A stretch of 64,000 bases of DNA. It comes from an uncultured Chloroflexia bacterium. GTDB lineage: Bacteria > Chloroflexota > Dehalococcoidia > DSTF01 > JALHUB01. Where the stretch lies: the NCBI GenBank assembly GCA_963703345.1, contig OY969814.1:736001-800000 (forward strand), read 5' to 3'. The notes beneath the pieces were generated by a model. That model did not search any database. It was not told where the DNA came from and saw only the letters and a program-made list of their open reading frames with translations. How positions within the stretch are numbered: position 1 is the stretch's first letter; each line of letters opens with the position of its first letter. The position numbers were made by a program, and so were the translations under genes. Shown in pieces: positions 20,958 through 31,754 of the stretch.

Positions 20958-21187
20958 TAATTGACCCATTGAATTCAATTGTTTCTTGCGTTGTCTTCTG
21001 AATCTGGATGATGTCGGTCTGAATCTGCGAAAGTGGCGCAAAAGTGCGCGTTTTGGGGCGTCGCGGAAAGCGGAGGCGAGGTGTCCCAGATCCGGACAAG
21101 GTGAACGGGCGGACGGAGTGCATGGCGTCGAAGGCCTTTCGGGAGTTGTCGGAGGTGAGGATAGCAGAGGCGAGGGGGATTTGGAAG
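20958..21187 (-). repeat. Dispersed element A, copy 2
   Basis: Minus strand TTCCAA-17-TATCCT...CAGATTCAGACCGACATCATCCAGATTCA...AATTGAATTCAATGGGTCAATTA; 3' part closely matches copy 1. Confidence 0.92.
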
Positions 21188-21199
21188 CGGCTGGTGGCA

Positions 21200-23683
21200 C
21201 TAAGGAGACTGCCGCTTCTTGAGGTTCCAAGACGTGCCCCCGCAATTGCATCGAACTGCTTCTTGGACTCGGCTCTCAGGCGAAACAACGACATGCAACA
21301 TTCCCTCGCATTGAGCACATCTGAACAGGTTCCAGAGGTCGTGAAATGCGTCCGCAACAACCCGGAAGTCCGCAGGGCTCAAGTTGTGCCAATTGTTATA
21401 GTGCACGCTAGCGTCAACCTGCCACATGTCAGCTCCAGATCTGCGCTTGACATCCGCAGCGGTCGCCTCAAGGACACCGAGACTCTGGATCCGGTCCCTG
21501 TCGTCCCACGAGTTCGCAGCGTCCTTTGCCGTCCTGACTAATGCACCGTGACGCTCTAACGCGGGGGGTAACAGGTCACCCAGCTCCCAGTTGGCACGAG
21601 GCTTGCACACAACTCGTGCCAAAAGAGATTCGCACGCGAGGGTAAAGAACTGCTCGGACGCCCGGCGCAGTTCAGAGGCCGCATCGGGGATCTGGTTGCG
21701 CTCGATATGTTGCTCTATGTGCAGCCACGTGTCGAGATTATTGTCCCATTTGGGTCCGGTCTGAACATTCCAGCCGAAGAACTCGACGAGATTGCGTTGC
21801 GCGACTACACCCTCACTCCTCAATGAGAAAGCCCAACTCCTATCGTGTGTCGTGATAAGGAACTGTCTGTCAGGGAACTCCGTAGCGAGCACTCTACAGA
21901 TCTCTCTCCTGTGACCCTCGTCGACCGACGTCACTATGTCGTCCAAGACGACTAGATCGATGAGGCCTGCGGTGAGCCGCTCCGCGAGGGCCAGGTAAAG
22001 GCACAAGCCCATGCTGTCCTGATGCCCTTCGCTGTGAAGGGCCTGAGGCGGATATTGTCCAAGACCGTAAAAGTCGACCGCCAGTTTGAGGGCTGCACCA
22101 GCCGGTTCGAGTTTAGCATCGAATGTGCCCTCGTCGTCTTTGTGCAATTGACGGTAGAGCGCGACGAAGCGGTCCTTGATTTCGTCATAGAGTTTGCTTA
22201 GGACTTCGTTTCGGGCAGCCTCAAAACATTCAAGAAGCACGCCCGCTTTGCCTTCAGCCGCTGTTATGCGCGCAAGGTAGGCCTCGGAGCTTTCGAGGAC
22301 CTTTGCATTGCTTTCCAATGTGGTCAGAGTATCCCAGGCGGTCCACTCTGGCGGTGTCTCCGGGCAACAACTGCTTACGGCATCTTCAACAAGGCCCACC
22401 GTTGCGGCGGCTTCAGGGGGGGCAAACAATCGCATGACGGCAAACTCGCTCTCTGAAAGCCGCTCATACTCTTCCACTGGAGACTCCAGCGCGGTCAGGA
22501 ATTCATTGAGTTTCGATTGCCACGTAACTAAAGGCTGACATTTCGTCTCGATGCCCAAGTTGCGCGCTGGTGCTAAGAGAACCTGTATATTGGCAGCAGC
22601 CACTTGCACTGGCCCAACGAGAGAGTCGCTCAGTTCGTCAATCGTCTTCTGTTGGTCCGCAGCGAGCCTCGCTTGAGAAAGCCTCCGTTCTAGGTGCTTG
22701 CGCAGTTCGTCCTCGGGCCAAGGCGTTTCGCATAGGGGGCAAGCGCCGCTCTCATCGATAAGGTCGACGCCCATTTCGATCAACTGACGTACTGTCAAGT
22801 CACGGCGCATCTGCGCATCTTCTCGGACCTGATTGACGGTTGCCAGAAGATTGCGCTGGGCCGTCACTAGGCGCTCTGCCGAATCGCCGGGATCCATCAA
22901 CGGCCTGAGACTAGCGATAGCGCGTTCAACTGCTTTGCGATCGATTGGTCTGCTCTCCGAGCTCGGCTTTGCTGGTGGCACCAGTGCGCCTTTCAGAGTT
23001 GTGCTGGAGAGTCGCTCTATCGCTTGGCCGCCCAAAGCGACCCGGAGTTCGTTAGCGCGCTTCAGGACAGCTTCACCGTTGTAGAGTGGTAGCCCAAGAG
23101 TGGCTGCGATGGTTGCCCGCCCGCGGCCAACCTCTTTTTTCAGCGATGATATTTGGTCTTCGAGTTGGCGTCTTGCGTTGACCAGTGCACGGCGAACTTC
23201 CTCTACCTCTGAAATGTTCAGCAACCTTTGAACTTGCTCGCCTCGCTCCCCTGCACGGGATGTGACGTATCTGTGCAGCTCCCGGCGGGTAAGAACATAT
23301 TGTCCCCTCTTCGCAACAGATAGGACTCTGTCAACGAAGGGCCGAACCGCCTCATCGCAGTCCAGGCTACGTGGCGAAGCCATGTTTCGTGAGATCGTTA
23401 CCTCGATCGGTTGGGAATCGCCCTGTATCAGAAGCCGGGCTCTCACAGTGGCTTGTGATAGCTCGTGGCCCGCATGGGGTCCGTGTTCCTCAAGCGAGAC
23501 GCCTTCTGTGCCAGCGCCGGTAAGCCGCGATATCTGGCCTGTGAGCAAGAAATCAAGGGCGTCAACAACGCCACTCTTCCCGCATCCGTTGGGTCCCCAG
23601 ATGACAAGGTTTCTGCCTTCCGCCTGAAGCGGTAGTGCGCATATCCCGCGAACGTTCTCGACCGCCAGCTCAAGGAGTCTCAT
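21200..23683 (-). CDS. Rad50/SMC-like ABC ATPase with Zn-hook and extra C-terminal domain (RloC-like architecture)
   Basis: Walker A GPNGCGKS, CPLC hook, HSEGH signature, VVLDD, TTHD; C-terminal LRRASE...VHYN plus CxxC/CxC. Confidence 0.8.
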   Translation of the reverse strand: MRLLELAVENVRGICALPLQAEGRNLVIWGPNGCGKSGVVDALDFLLTGQISRLTGAGTEGVSLEEHGPHAGHELSQATVRARLLIQGDSQPIEVTISRNMASPRSLDCDEAVRPFVDRVLSVAKRGQYVLTRRELHRYVTSRAGERGEQVQRLLNISEVEEVRRALVNARRQLEDQISSLKKEVGRGRATIAATLGLPLYNGEAVLKRANELRVALGGQAIERLSSTTLKGALVPPAKPSSESRPIDRKAVERAIASLRPLMDPGDSAERLVTAQRNLLATVNQVREDAQMRRDLTVRQLIEMGVDLIDESGACPLCETPWPEDELRKHLERRLSQARLAADQQKTIDELSDSLVGPVQVAAANIQVLLAPARNLGIETKCQPLVTWQSKLNEFLTALESPVEEYERLSESEFAVMRLFAPPEAAATVGLVEDAVSSCCPETPPEWTAWDTLTTLESNAKVLESSEAYLARITAAEGKAGVLLECFEAARNEVLSKLYDEIKDRFVALYRQLHKDDEGTFDAKLEPAGAALKLAVDFYGLGQYPPQALHSEGHQDSMGLCLYLALAERLTAGLIDLVVLDDIVTSVDEGHRREICRVLATEFPDRQFLITTHDRSWAFSLRSEGVVAQRNLVEFFGWNVQTGPKWDNNLDTWLHIEQHIERNQIPDAASELRRASEQFFTLACESLLARVVCKPRANWELGDLLPPALERHGALVRTAKDAANSWDDRDRIQSLGVLEATAADVKRRSGADMWQVDASVHYNNWHNLSPADFRVVADAFHDLWNLFRCAQCEGMLHVVVSPESRVQEAVRCNCGGTSWNLKKRQSP

Positions 23684-23867
23684 GATCGGTGCCTCCCTTT
23701 TTCAACAATGCGACCAGTAGCTCGGGCTTGCGAAACCCGCCCGAACCGGCCAGATCCACTAAGGCCTCGATCTCGCTGGGTTGGAAGACTTTGCGACGTT
23801 CAACTAGATCAAGCGTCTTAGCTAGGATTTGGGAGGGGAGGGATGGAGGAATGTCTTGATCAGCCAT
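23670..23867 (-). CDS. Small hypothetical protein coupled to the ATPase
   Basis: AAGGAG RBS; TG-TATAAT upstream; overlaps the ATPase start and contains its GGAGG RBS. Confidence 0.7.
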   Translation of the reverse strand: MADQDIPPSLPSQILAKTLDLVERRKVFQPSEIEALVDLAGSGGFRKPELLVALLKKGGTDHETP

Positions 23868-24112
23868 GATTTAGTCTCCTTCGGTTCATCATGAGCCGAA
23901 CCGCCGTGCGGATCTCCCAGATTATACCACTGGTTCTGGGACGATGAAGCCAGCGAAAGGAGGAGGGAGCGGAGGTCGGGCGGTTGCGGCTTGCGCGCTG
24001 TGAGGAGCGAAGGGCGGGTGCAGGCCGTGAAACTTAGGGGATTGCCGCCGGAGCGGTCCAGCGGCAATCGGCGTCAGCGCGACGAGCAGTAGCCCGCCTT
24101 GCGGCGCGGCAT

Positions 24113-24382
24113 CTACATGTGCTGTTCGTGCGCCTTGCGGATATCCTCCGGCGTGAACTTCGTCAACGGCGTGACCTTCGTCCGGCTGCGACGGCTGGCG
24201 GGCACGAAGCCCAACGCGCTCGACTCGCTGTCCGCCTGCACTATCGCCACGGCGCGGTGCTCCCCGGATAGACAGCCAAATTCGAGGGTGTCAAAGACCT
24301 TCGGGTCTTCCTTGATTATTGTGTCCATCTCCAGCAGACACTCTTCGGGCGTATGGGTGGACTCTATCAGGTAATCCGACAT
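24113..24382 (-). CDS. Small hypothetical protein
   Basis: AAGGAG RBS; YLIESTHTPEECL...FGCLSGEH; protein-like composition. Confidence 0.75.
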   Translation of the reverse strand: MSDYLIESTHTPEECLLEMDTIIKEDPKVFDTLEFGCLSGEHRAVAIVQADSESSALGFVPASRRSRTKVTPLTKFTPEDIRKAHEQHM

Positions 24383-24587
24383 TTCAGTACTCCTTCTTTT
24401 CTCAGTCTCTTACCGACCTTTCAATATAGAGCGGCGGGATGCCGGAAGCGTGATTCGCCCGTTGACGCCCGTGAAGGAAGCGTGAAGAACGCCCGACCGA
24501 CGCGCCCGGCGCGGCCGCCGCTGTAACGGCGTTCGACGGCGGCCGTTCTTCTTTAGTGGGAGAGGCAGCAGCCTATCCCAGGACAGT

Positions 24588-24701
24588 CTGTTGAGGCGCT
24601 GAACCGAGGGCATGCCTCCCTGTTGGGGGCGTGGCGGCAAGCTGCGGCGGGTCGCTTGGTCACCGAGACCCTCGGCGAGCCAGTGGTGAAACCGGCAACA
24701 G
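24588..24701 (+). ncRNA. c-di-GMP-II riboswitch (possibly a variant class)
   Basis: P1 CTGTTG/CAACAG, kink-turn CTGAA/CGA, stem CCGAGGG/CCCTCGG, pseudoknot TCAC/GTGA, 3' GAGCCAGTGGTGAAACCGG. Confidence 0.75.
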
Positions 24702-24737
24702 CGGATCCGAGAGATCGGGTCGGGGAGTTGCCGGTTT

Positions 24738-25494
24738 CATGTTCTTTCCACTGCCGGGGTCAGCGCTAAAGAGACTGCGACGGCTCGCGCCTCGCCTTCT
24801 GATGCCGCGGGGTCTTCTTGGCCTCCTCGCCCTGTTCGTCTTCCTGCCCCTGCTGACGGCCGCCCAGCCGGTCTGCCAGGTGCAACAGGCCCGCGACGGC
24901 TACGGGGTCGAGATCGTGATGGACGGCCAGACCTGGGACGACGCCAGCCTGAACGCTATCATCGACGCACTGGGAAAGCTGCCGCCGCACGTCGTCAACC
25001 AGCTCGGGAGCCGCGTGTACGGCCGCCTCTACATCCTGTCCAACGACGAGTCGCGCACCATGTCGGGGAGCAAGGTCTACTCCAGCGGCGCCAACTTCTA
25101 CTCAAACAACGACGGTCGCAACGAGCTGGTCCTTTATCCAGACCAGGGCACCCTGACCGTCCTCCACGAGCTCGGTCACGCCTACCAGCTTCGGATGGTC
25201 CCGCCCGGTCGCTATGCCTGGGTCTTCTTTCAGGAGGAGATGCGCGATTTCATGGCCGCCACCGGCTGGCGCCTCCTCAGCAGCGACGCCGAAGTGGCCG
25301 CGGCCGTCGACCAGACGCAGCTCAGCTTCGCCTACGACGGCCCGCAGGTCTGGCAGTTTATGTCGAACAACGACCCGCTGGAGGACTACGCGAACTCCTT
25401 CGCCCTCTTCTTCTACGACCCGCAGCAGCTCCAGCAGCTCTCGCCCGCCCGCTACCAGTGGATGCAGGCCAACGTCGCCACCGAGGCCCGCTGA
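24738..25494 (+). CDS. Secreted HExxH zinc metallopeptidase-like protein
   Basis: Signal peptide, HELGH and EDYANSF (third ligand); start must lie downstream of the riboswitch (24738 or 24801). Confidence 0.7.
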
Positions 25495-25498
25495 CGAG

Positions 25499-26770
25499 CT
25501 AGGGCAGCGTCTTCTCCAGCAGGTGCGGGTCCGCCCGCGGTCCGACCAACGCCACAGCAACGTTGTCGCGGCGGAACAGACGCTTCGCTACGCGCCGGAC
25601 GTCGTCGCTGGTGATCGCCTGTAGCTTGGCGACCACGTCCTCGATCTGCTCGATCTCGCCCATCGTGACCAGGTTCTCGCCCGTCCACTGCGTCAGCGCC
25701 ATCGTCGTCTCCAGGCCAAGGCGGAAGTTGCCCACGGTGAAGTCGCGGGCGCGCGTCATCTCATCCTCCGGCACCGGCTCGTCGACAAGCTTGAACACCT
25801 GCTCCAGGATGACCTTGCCGGCCTCCTCCACCTTCTCCGGGCTGACGCCGGCGCTGACCGCCATGGAGCCCGTGTCGCGGTGGCGGCTGACCGACGACCC
25901 GATGGAGTAGGCAAGCCCGCGGCGCTCGCGCACCTCTTTGAAGAGGCGGGAGCTCATGCCGCGACCGAGCAGCGTGTTGAGGATGGTGAGGGCGTAGCGG
26001 TCCGGGTCGGTGCGGGAGAGGGCGCGCAGTCCGTACGCCAGGTTCGACTGGTCAGTCTCCCGCGACTCGACCTGCACGCGGTCCGGCGGCAGGCCCGGCG
26101 CCGCGGCCGCGATGGACGGGAGCGAGCGGCTCTCCAGATCGGCCGCCCTCTCCGCGATGAGCGCCAGCACCTGCTCGGCCGTCGTATTGCCGGCGACGGC
26201 GACGACGATGTTCTCCGGCGCGTACCACCTCTCGCGGTGCTCCAGGAAGTCGTCGCGCCTGATCCCCTCGACCGTCTCCTCCGTGCCCGCGATGGGCCAG
26301 CCGATGGGTTGGTCGCCGTAGCAGGCGCGGGAGAGCAACTCCGCCGTCCAGGCTGACGGCTGGTCGTGCGTGCGACGTATCTCCTGCTCAACCACCGTGC
26401 GCTCGCGGTCGATCTCGACGCTGTCTAGGAGCGGGTCGCGCACCATGTCCGCCAGGACGTCGATAGCCAGGTCCAGGCGGTCGTAGGGGACGTGCGCCCA
26501 GTAGCCGGTCATCTCCTTGTCGGTGAAGGCGTTGAGCGCGCCGCCGGCGCCTTCGATGGCCTCGGAGATCGCCTGGGCGCTGGGCCGCTTGGCGCTGCCC
26601 TTGAAGAGCATGTGCTCCAGATAGTGGCAGATGCCGTTGACGCGTCGGTCCTCCATGCGGGAGCCGACGCCGACGAAGATGCAGACGTTGGCCGATTGCG
26701 CCGTCGGCATGGGCGTGGTGACGACGCGGAGTCCGTTGTCCAGGGTATCGATCTGCCAGGTGGTGGTCAT
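25499..26770 (-). CDS. M16 (pitrilysin/insulinase) family peptidase
   Basis: HYLEHMLFKG inverted zinc motif, NAFT and VRERRGLAY. Confidence 0.93.
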   Translation of the reverse strand: MTTTWQIDTLDNGLRVVTTPMPTAQSANVCIFVGVGSRMEDRRVNGICHYLEHMLFKGSAKRPSAQAISEAIEGAGGALNAFTDKEMTGYWAHVPYDRLDLAIDVLADMVRDPLLDSVEIDRERTVVEQEIRRTHDQPSAWTAELLSRACYGDQPIGWPIAGTEETVEGIRRDDFLEHRERWYAPENIVVAVAGNTTAEQVLALIAERAADLESRSLPSIAAAAPGLPPDRVQVESRETDQSNLAYGLRALSRTDPDRYALTILNTLLGRGMSSRLFKEVRERRGLAYSIGSSVSRHRDTGSMAVSAGVSPEKVEEAGKVILEQVFKLVDEPVPEDEMTRARDFTVGNFRLGLETTMALTQWTGENLVTMGEIEQIEDVVAKLQAITSDDVRRVAKRLFRRDNVAVALVGPRADPHLLEKTLP

Positions 26771-26852
26771 GGGTCCCTCCAAAGACGAGAGTGGTGTTCC
26801 TCCTCATCATAATGCAGAGAGGCGTGCGCAGTCATGCCGCCGCAGCCGCGTC

Positions 26853-27117
26853 TAATTGACCAATTGAATTCAATTGTTTTTCGTGGTGCTTTCCGAACCT
26901 GAACGAGGGTGGTGTGAATCCCTACGGGCAGGCTGGGAATGGCGCGAAATGGCGTCGAAAAGGGGCGAAACGGGGCCGAAAGGGGTCGCTGGCGCGTCGA
27001 CGTGCGCTGTGGCCCTACGGGCGGGTTGGCCGGGGTGAGGTTGTTGGTGCATGGGGTTGGCGGCCTCCGAAGGCTCTCTCAAGTCAGGATAGCAGAGCGG
27101 GGGAGGAGTTGTAAGGG
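26853..27117 (-). repeat. Dispersed element A, copy 3
   Basis: 5' 35 nt identical to copy 1; terminus contains the perfect 16-bp palindrome CAATTGAATTCAATTG followed by GTCAATTA. Confidence 0.92.
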
Positions 27118-27347
27118 ATTGGTGACACCCGGAAGGGTGCGCGGCAGCCCAGTTGATAGAGCATCCGCTTCCCAATTACACCTCCCGAATGCCTCTAAGC
27201 CTCCGTGCGTTTAGGTACGGCGACAGCGAATCTGGCGATGCCTCTTAGCCAAAAGCAGATGCTCCCTTTTTGTTCGTCGCTGGCAAACGGACTACCGACC
27301 GGTTCCGCGTATTGTAGGTGCATTTCCCGCTCCCTGTCGCGGCGGCA

Positions 27348-27415
27348 TTGACAAAATCTCCAAGCAGGCATAGAATACGCAAACGCAGGATCCGAACGGA
27401 GTTCGGATCCTGCGT
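27348..27415 (+). promoter_or_regulatory. sigma70 promoter with a perfect 15-bp hairpin at the transcription start
   Basis: TTGACA-17-TAGAAT; ACGCAGGATCCGAAC-GGA-GTTCGGATCCTGCGT at 27383-27415. Confidence 0.8.
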
Positions 27416-27491
27416 GGAACTCCTCGCCAAGTGTATTTGCCAGTCACACCCGCGCTCTTCCTAACCGACAGAATCAGAGGCAAGAGGGAAT

Positions 27492-28592
27492 ATGTCTGTA
27501 CGGCAGCGGTGGGACGCCATACGGAAACTCGAAGAGATACGCTCGTCCCGAGTTCTGGTCTATTTCCTGAGCGACCGGCGGGTTGCCCTTGGCGTGCCCG
27601 TGCCCGGTGTTAGTGCCCAACTTGGTGGGGACGCTTACCCGTTCCTTTATGAGCACATCCGCTCCTTCGGTCAGCCGCAGAGATTGGATTTGTTCTTGCA
27701 CACTGCTGGAGGTCATCTCGATGCAGTCTGGCCGCTGGTGCAGCTTCTTCGCTCCGCCACGAAGCAGTTTTGCGTCATAGTGCCGATGAGCGCGCTCAGC
27801 GGGGGGACTTTGATCTGCTTGGGTGCGGATAAGATCGTGATGACCGTGCCTGCACATCTCAGCCCAGTCGACCCGTCAACCGCCAATGTCTTCAATCCAA
27901 TGGAAGGAAATCAGAAGATTCCGATTAGCGTGGAGGACGTCACTTCTTACCTAGACCTTGCGCGAGGAGGGGAGGATTCGGACGACCGTGCCAGCGCCGG
28001 GTTGACAGCAGATGAGCATATCGTTCAGGTATTCAAAATCCTTGCAGATAAGGTTCATCCTCTGGCGCTAGGAAACGTGAAGCGGGTCTACAAACAGATT
28101 CGAGACATAAGTAGAAAGCTGCTGGAACTTCATCTGACTGGAGATGCGGCGGATATTCGGATTGATAAAATTGTGAAGACGCTGACGCAGGGGCTGCAGT
28201 CGCATTCCCACCTAATCGGCCGGACTGAAGCGACCGATATTTTGGGAAAGGAGATCGTCGCTGCGCCATCTAAGGAGGAAGAAGCAGCGATATGGGGACT
28301 GTTCAACCTATATGAAGAACGCTTTGATCTGCGGAAGACCTTCTCGGTCAAGGAGTGGCTCGGAGGCGATGTCGAGAAGGACTACGACGCTCTGGGCGGT
28401 GCTATCGAAAGTGCTGACCTTTCGCATTTCTTCCGGGCAAAGAGCACGATCAGGCAAATATCACAGTTGCCGCAGGGAGTTCAGATTCAAATCCCCCCCG
28501 GCCAACGGATGCCATTAGTGCCAGGCTTGCCGGTAGGTATCAACATTGAACCTGTTTCGGAGGGCTGGTACACTAACAGTGAAGGAGATTAG
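27492..28592 (+). CDS. ClpP-class serine protease (SDH_sah family)
   Basis: LDLFLHTAGG, ALSGGTLICLGAD, SPVDP, HPLALG and SHSHLI motifs. Confidence 0.85.
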   Translation: MSVRQRWDAIRKLEEIRSSRVLVYFLSDRRVALGVPVPGVSAQLGGDAYPFLYEHIRSFGQPQRLDLFLHTAGGHLDAVWPLVQLLRSATKQFCVIVPMSALSGGTLICLGADKIVMTVPAHLSPVDPSTANVFNPMEGNQKIPISVEDVTSYLDLARGGEDSDDRASAGLTADEHIVQVFKILADKVHPLALGNVKRVYKQIRDISRKLLELHLTGDAADIRIDKIVKTLTQGLQSHSHLIGRTEATDILGKEIVAAPSKEEEAAIWGLFNLYEERFDLRKTFSVKEWLGGDVEKDYDALGGAIESADLSHFFRAKSTIRQISQLPQGVQIQIPPGQRMPLVPGLPVGINIEPVSEGWYTNSEGD

Positions 28593-28596
28593 TGGC

Positions 28597-28821
28597 ATGC
28601 AGGGCGAAGACATATACAGCAGTTTGATCAATATGTACGATGCTCGCATGGTCAGGAGTACAAACGCCTCGGACGCATCGTTCTGTTTTGGCAACAACGT
28701 GCTTGTCCCGTCAGATGAAGCCGCGGCAGACCCCCACCTCACTGGCAAGACGTTGCGTGTTGTTGACGGCCAATTGTTCGTCGTCGATCCCGGATCCCCG
28801 CCTTCCTCTGACAATCAGTAG
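28597..28821 (+). CDS. Small hypothetical protein (74 aa)
   Basis: GAAGGAG RBS; starts 4 nt after the protease stop. Confidence 0.6.
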   Translation: MQGEDIYSSLINMYDARMVRSTNASDASFCFGNNVLVPSDEAAADPHLTGKTLRVVDGQLFVVDPGSPPSSDNQ

Positions 28822-28848
28822 GTAATCGCCCGAAGTATCGCAGTACCC

Positions 28849-29298
28849 GTGCGTGGCGCTTTTGTCTCTGGCGTGCCGGGCACGCTTTACGAGCGTGCCG
28901 TCATGATGGATACGTCCGCCTACCTTGGACTCAAGGAGGATCATCAGGACGTCATCCTGTGCTCGCATTCCGTTTCTGCTACGCGGCTCCCGAAGTACGT
29001 CAGCTCCATGGTCGTCGCAGAAACGCACCGACGGCTTCTGTACGATTATGGGCGGAAGGCGGCGTTGGACTTCCTCCGAGACCTCTATGCCAATGACACC
29101 ACGATTGTCCGTCCGGATCGTCATGATGAAGACGAGGCCATTCGCATGTTGAAGCAGTATCGGGAACATCGCATTAGCCTTTGCGACGCCCTAACCTTCG
29201 CACTTATGCTGCGTCTTGGCATTAAGCGTGCCTTCACCCTCGACTGCAATCACTTCTGGACAATTGGCTTCACCGTGATTCCGCCGTTCGACCTTTAA
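28849..29298 (+). CDS. PIN-domain (VapC-like) ribonuclease
   Basis: MDTSA, VAET, SLCDA and AFTLD acidic quartet. Confidence 0.85.
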   Translation: MRGAFVSGVPGTLYERAVMMDTSAYLGLKEDHQDVILCSHSVSATRLPKYVSSMVVAETHRRLLYDYGRKAALDFLRDLYANDTTIVRPDRHDEDEAIRMLKQYREHRISLCDALTFALMLRLGIKRAFTLDCNHFWTIGFTVIPPFDL

Positions 29299-29397
29299 GC
29301 GGGATCCCCTTCGGCGTTCTTGCTGGGTCTGTCTTCACTACTAGTCGCGCCGGAGCACCCGTGAGCGGGTCGCTGGACGGTAGCACGCTCCGTCGCG

Positions 29398-29426
29398 TTG
29401 ACAACGGGTTGCGCGGCCGCTATACT
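29398..29426 (+). promoter_or_regulatory. sigma70 promoter of the ilv-leu leader
   Basis: TTGACA-17-TATACT. Confidence 0.85.
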
Positions 29427-29442
29427 GAATCGCACATAAGAC

Positions 29443-29711
29443 AAAGGCCGTGATGGGGAGTAGTAAGGCCAGCTTCCTGTCTCAGAGAGCCGGCATTCTG
29501 GTGAGAGCCGGCGACACGAAGAGCCCCAACTCGCCCCGGAGCCGCCGGACTCAGTCCACCTGAGGCGGATGTACCCAGACGGGTGCACCCGGACGGGTGC
29601 AGGCCCGGACGGAAAGCGACCGTTATCGCGCTGAAACCGGTTCGCCTGAGGCGAACAAAAAGGGTGGTACGGTCCCGTCCCATGGGATCCCTTTGGGACG
29701 GGTCTTTTCTT
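29443..29711 (+). ncRNA. T-box riboswitch (Leu, CUC specifier) with terminator
   Basis: TGATG GA-motif, AGTA, AGAGAGCCGG...GGTGAGA stem I, CTC specifier, CCGTTATC, T-box AAAAGGGTGGTACGG, and CCCGTCCC/GGGACGGG followed by a T-run. Confidence 0.9.
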
Positions 29712-30032
29712 AGAGTCGCGAAAAGTCGAGAATAGACACATGGCTCACTCTTCGACAAATCCTCTTCAAGGAGCGTCAGCGGTCTCGGTGACGACGCGGG
29801 CCGGCGTGAACGGCCACTTCGTTGCCCGGGACCGCGCCGTAGCTTTGCTCCCCTTACGCCGTCTCCCGCTGGGCGGTGGCTCGCTAGCCCGCGGGACGCT
29901 GGTTCTCGGCGAGCCCGCGCTGCTCGCCTTATCCTAGCAGCGCTCGTCCGCCACCGACTGGAACCAAGAGAATCTCCCAACTCGTTCGAACAGCGTCGCC
30001 TTAGACGCATTGCCTTAAAGGGGGTTTCGATT

Positions 30033-31750
<1,718 letters not shown>

Positions 31751-31754
<4 letters not shown>

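Noticed and set aside
20745-24100. Classical tRNA-integrated island
   Set aside because: The accessory genes lie on the 5' side of the tRNA; no integrase or duplicated tRNA end was seen
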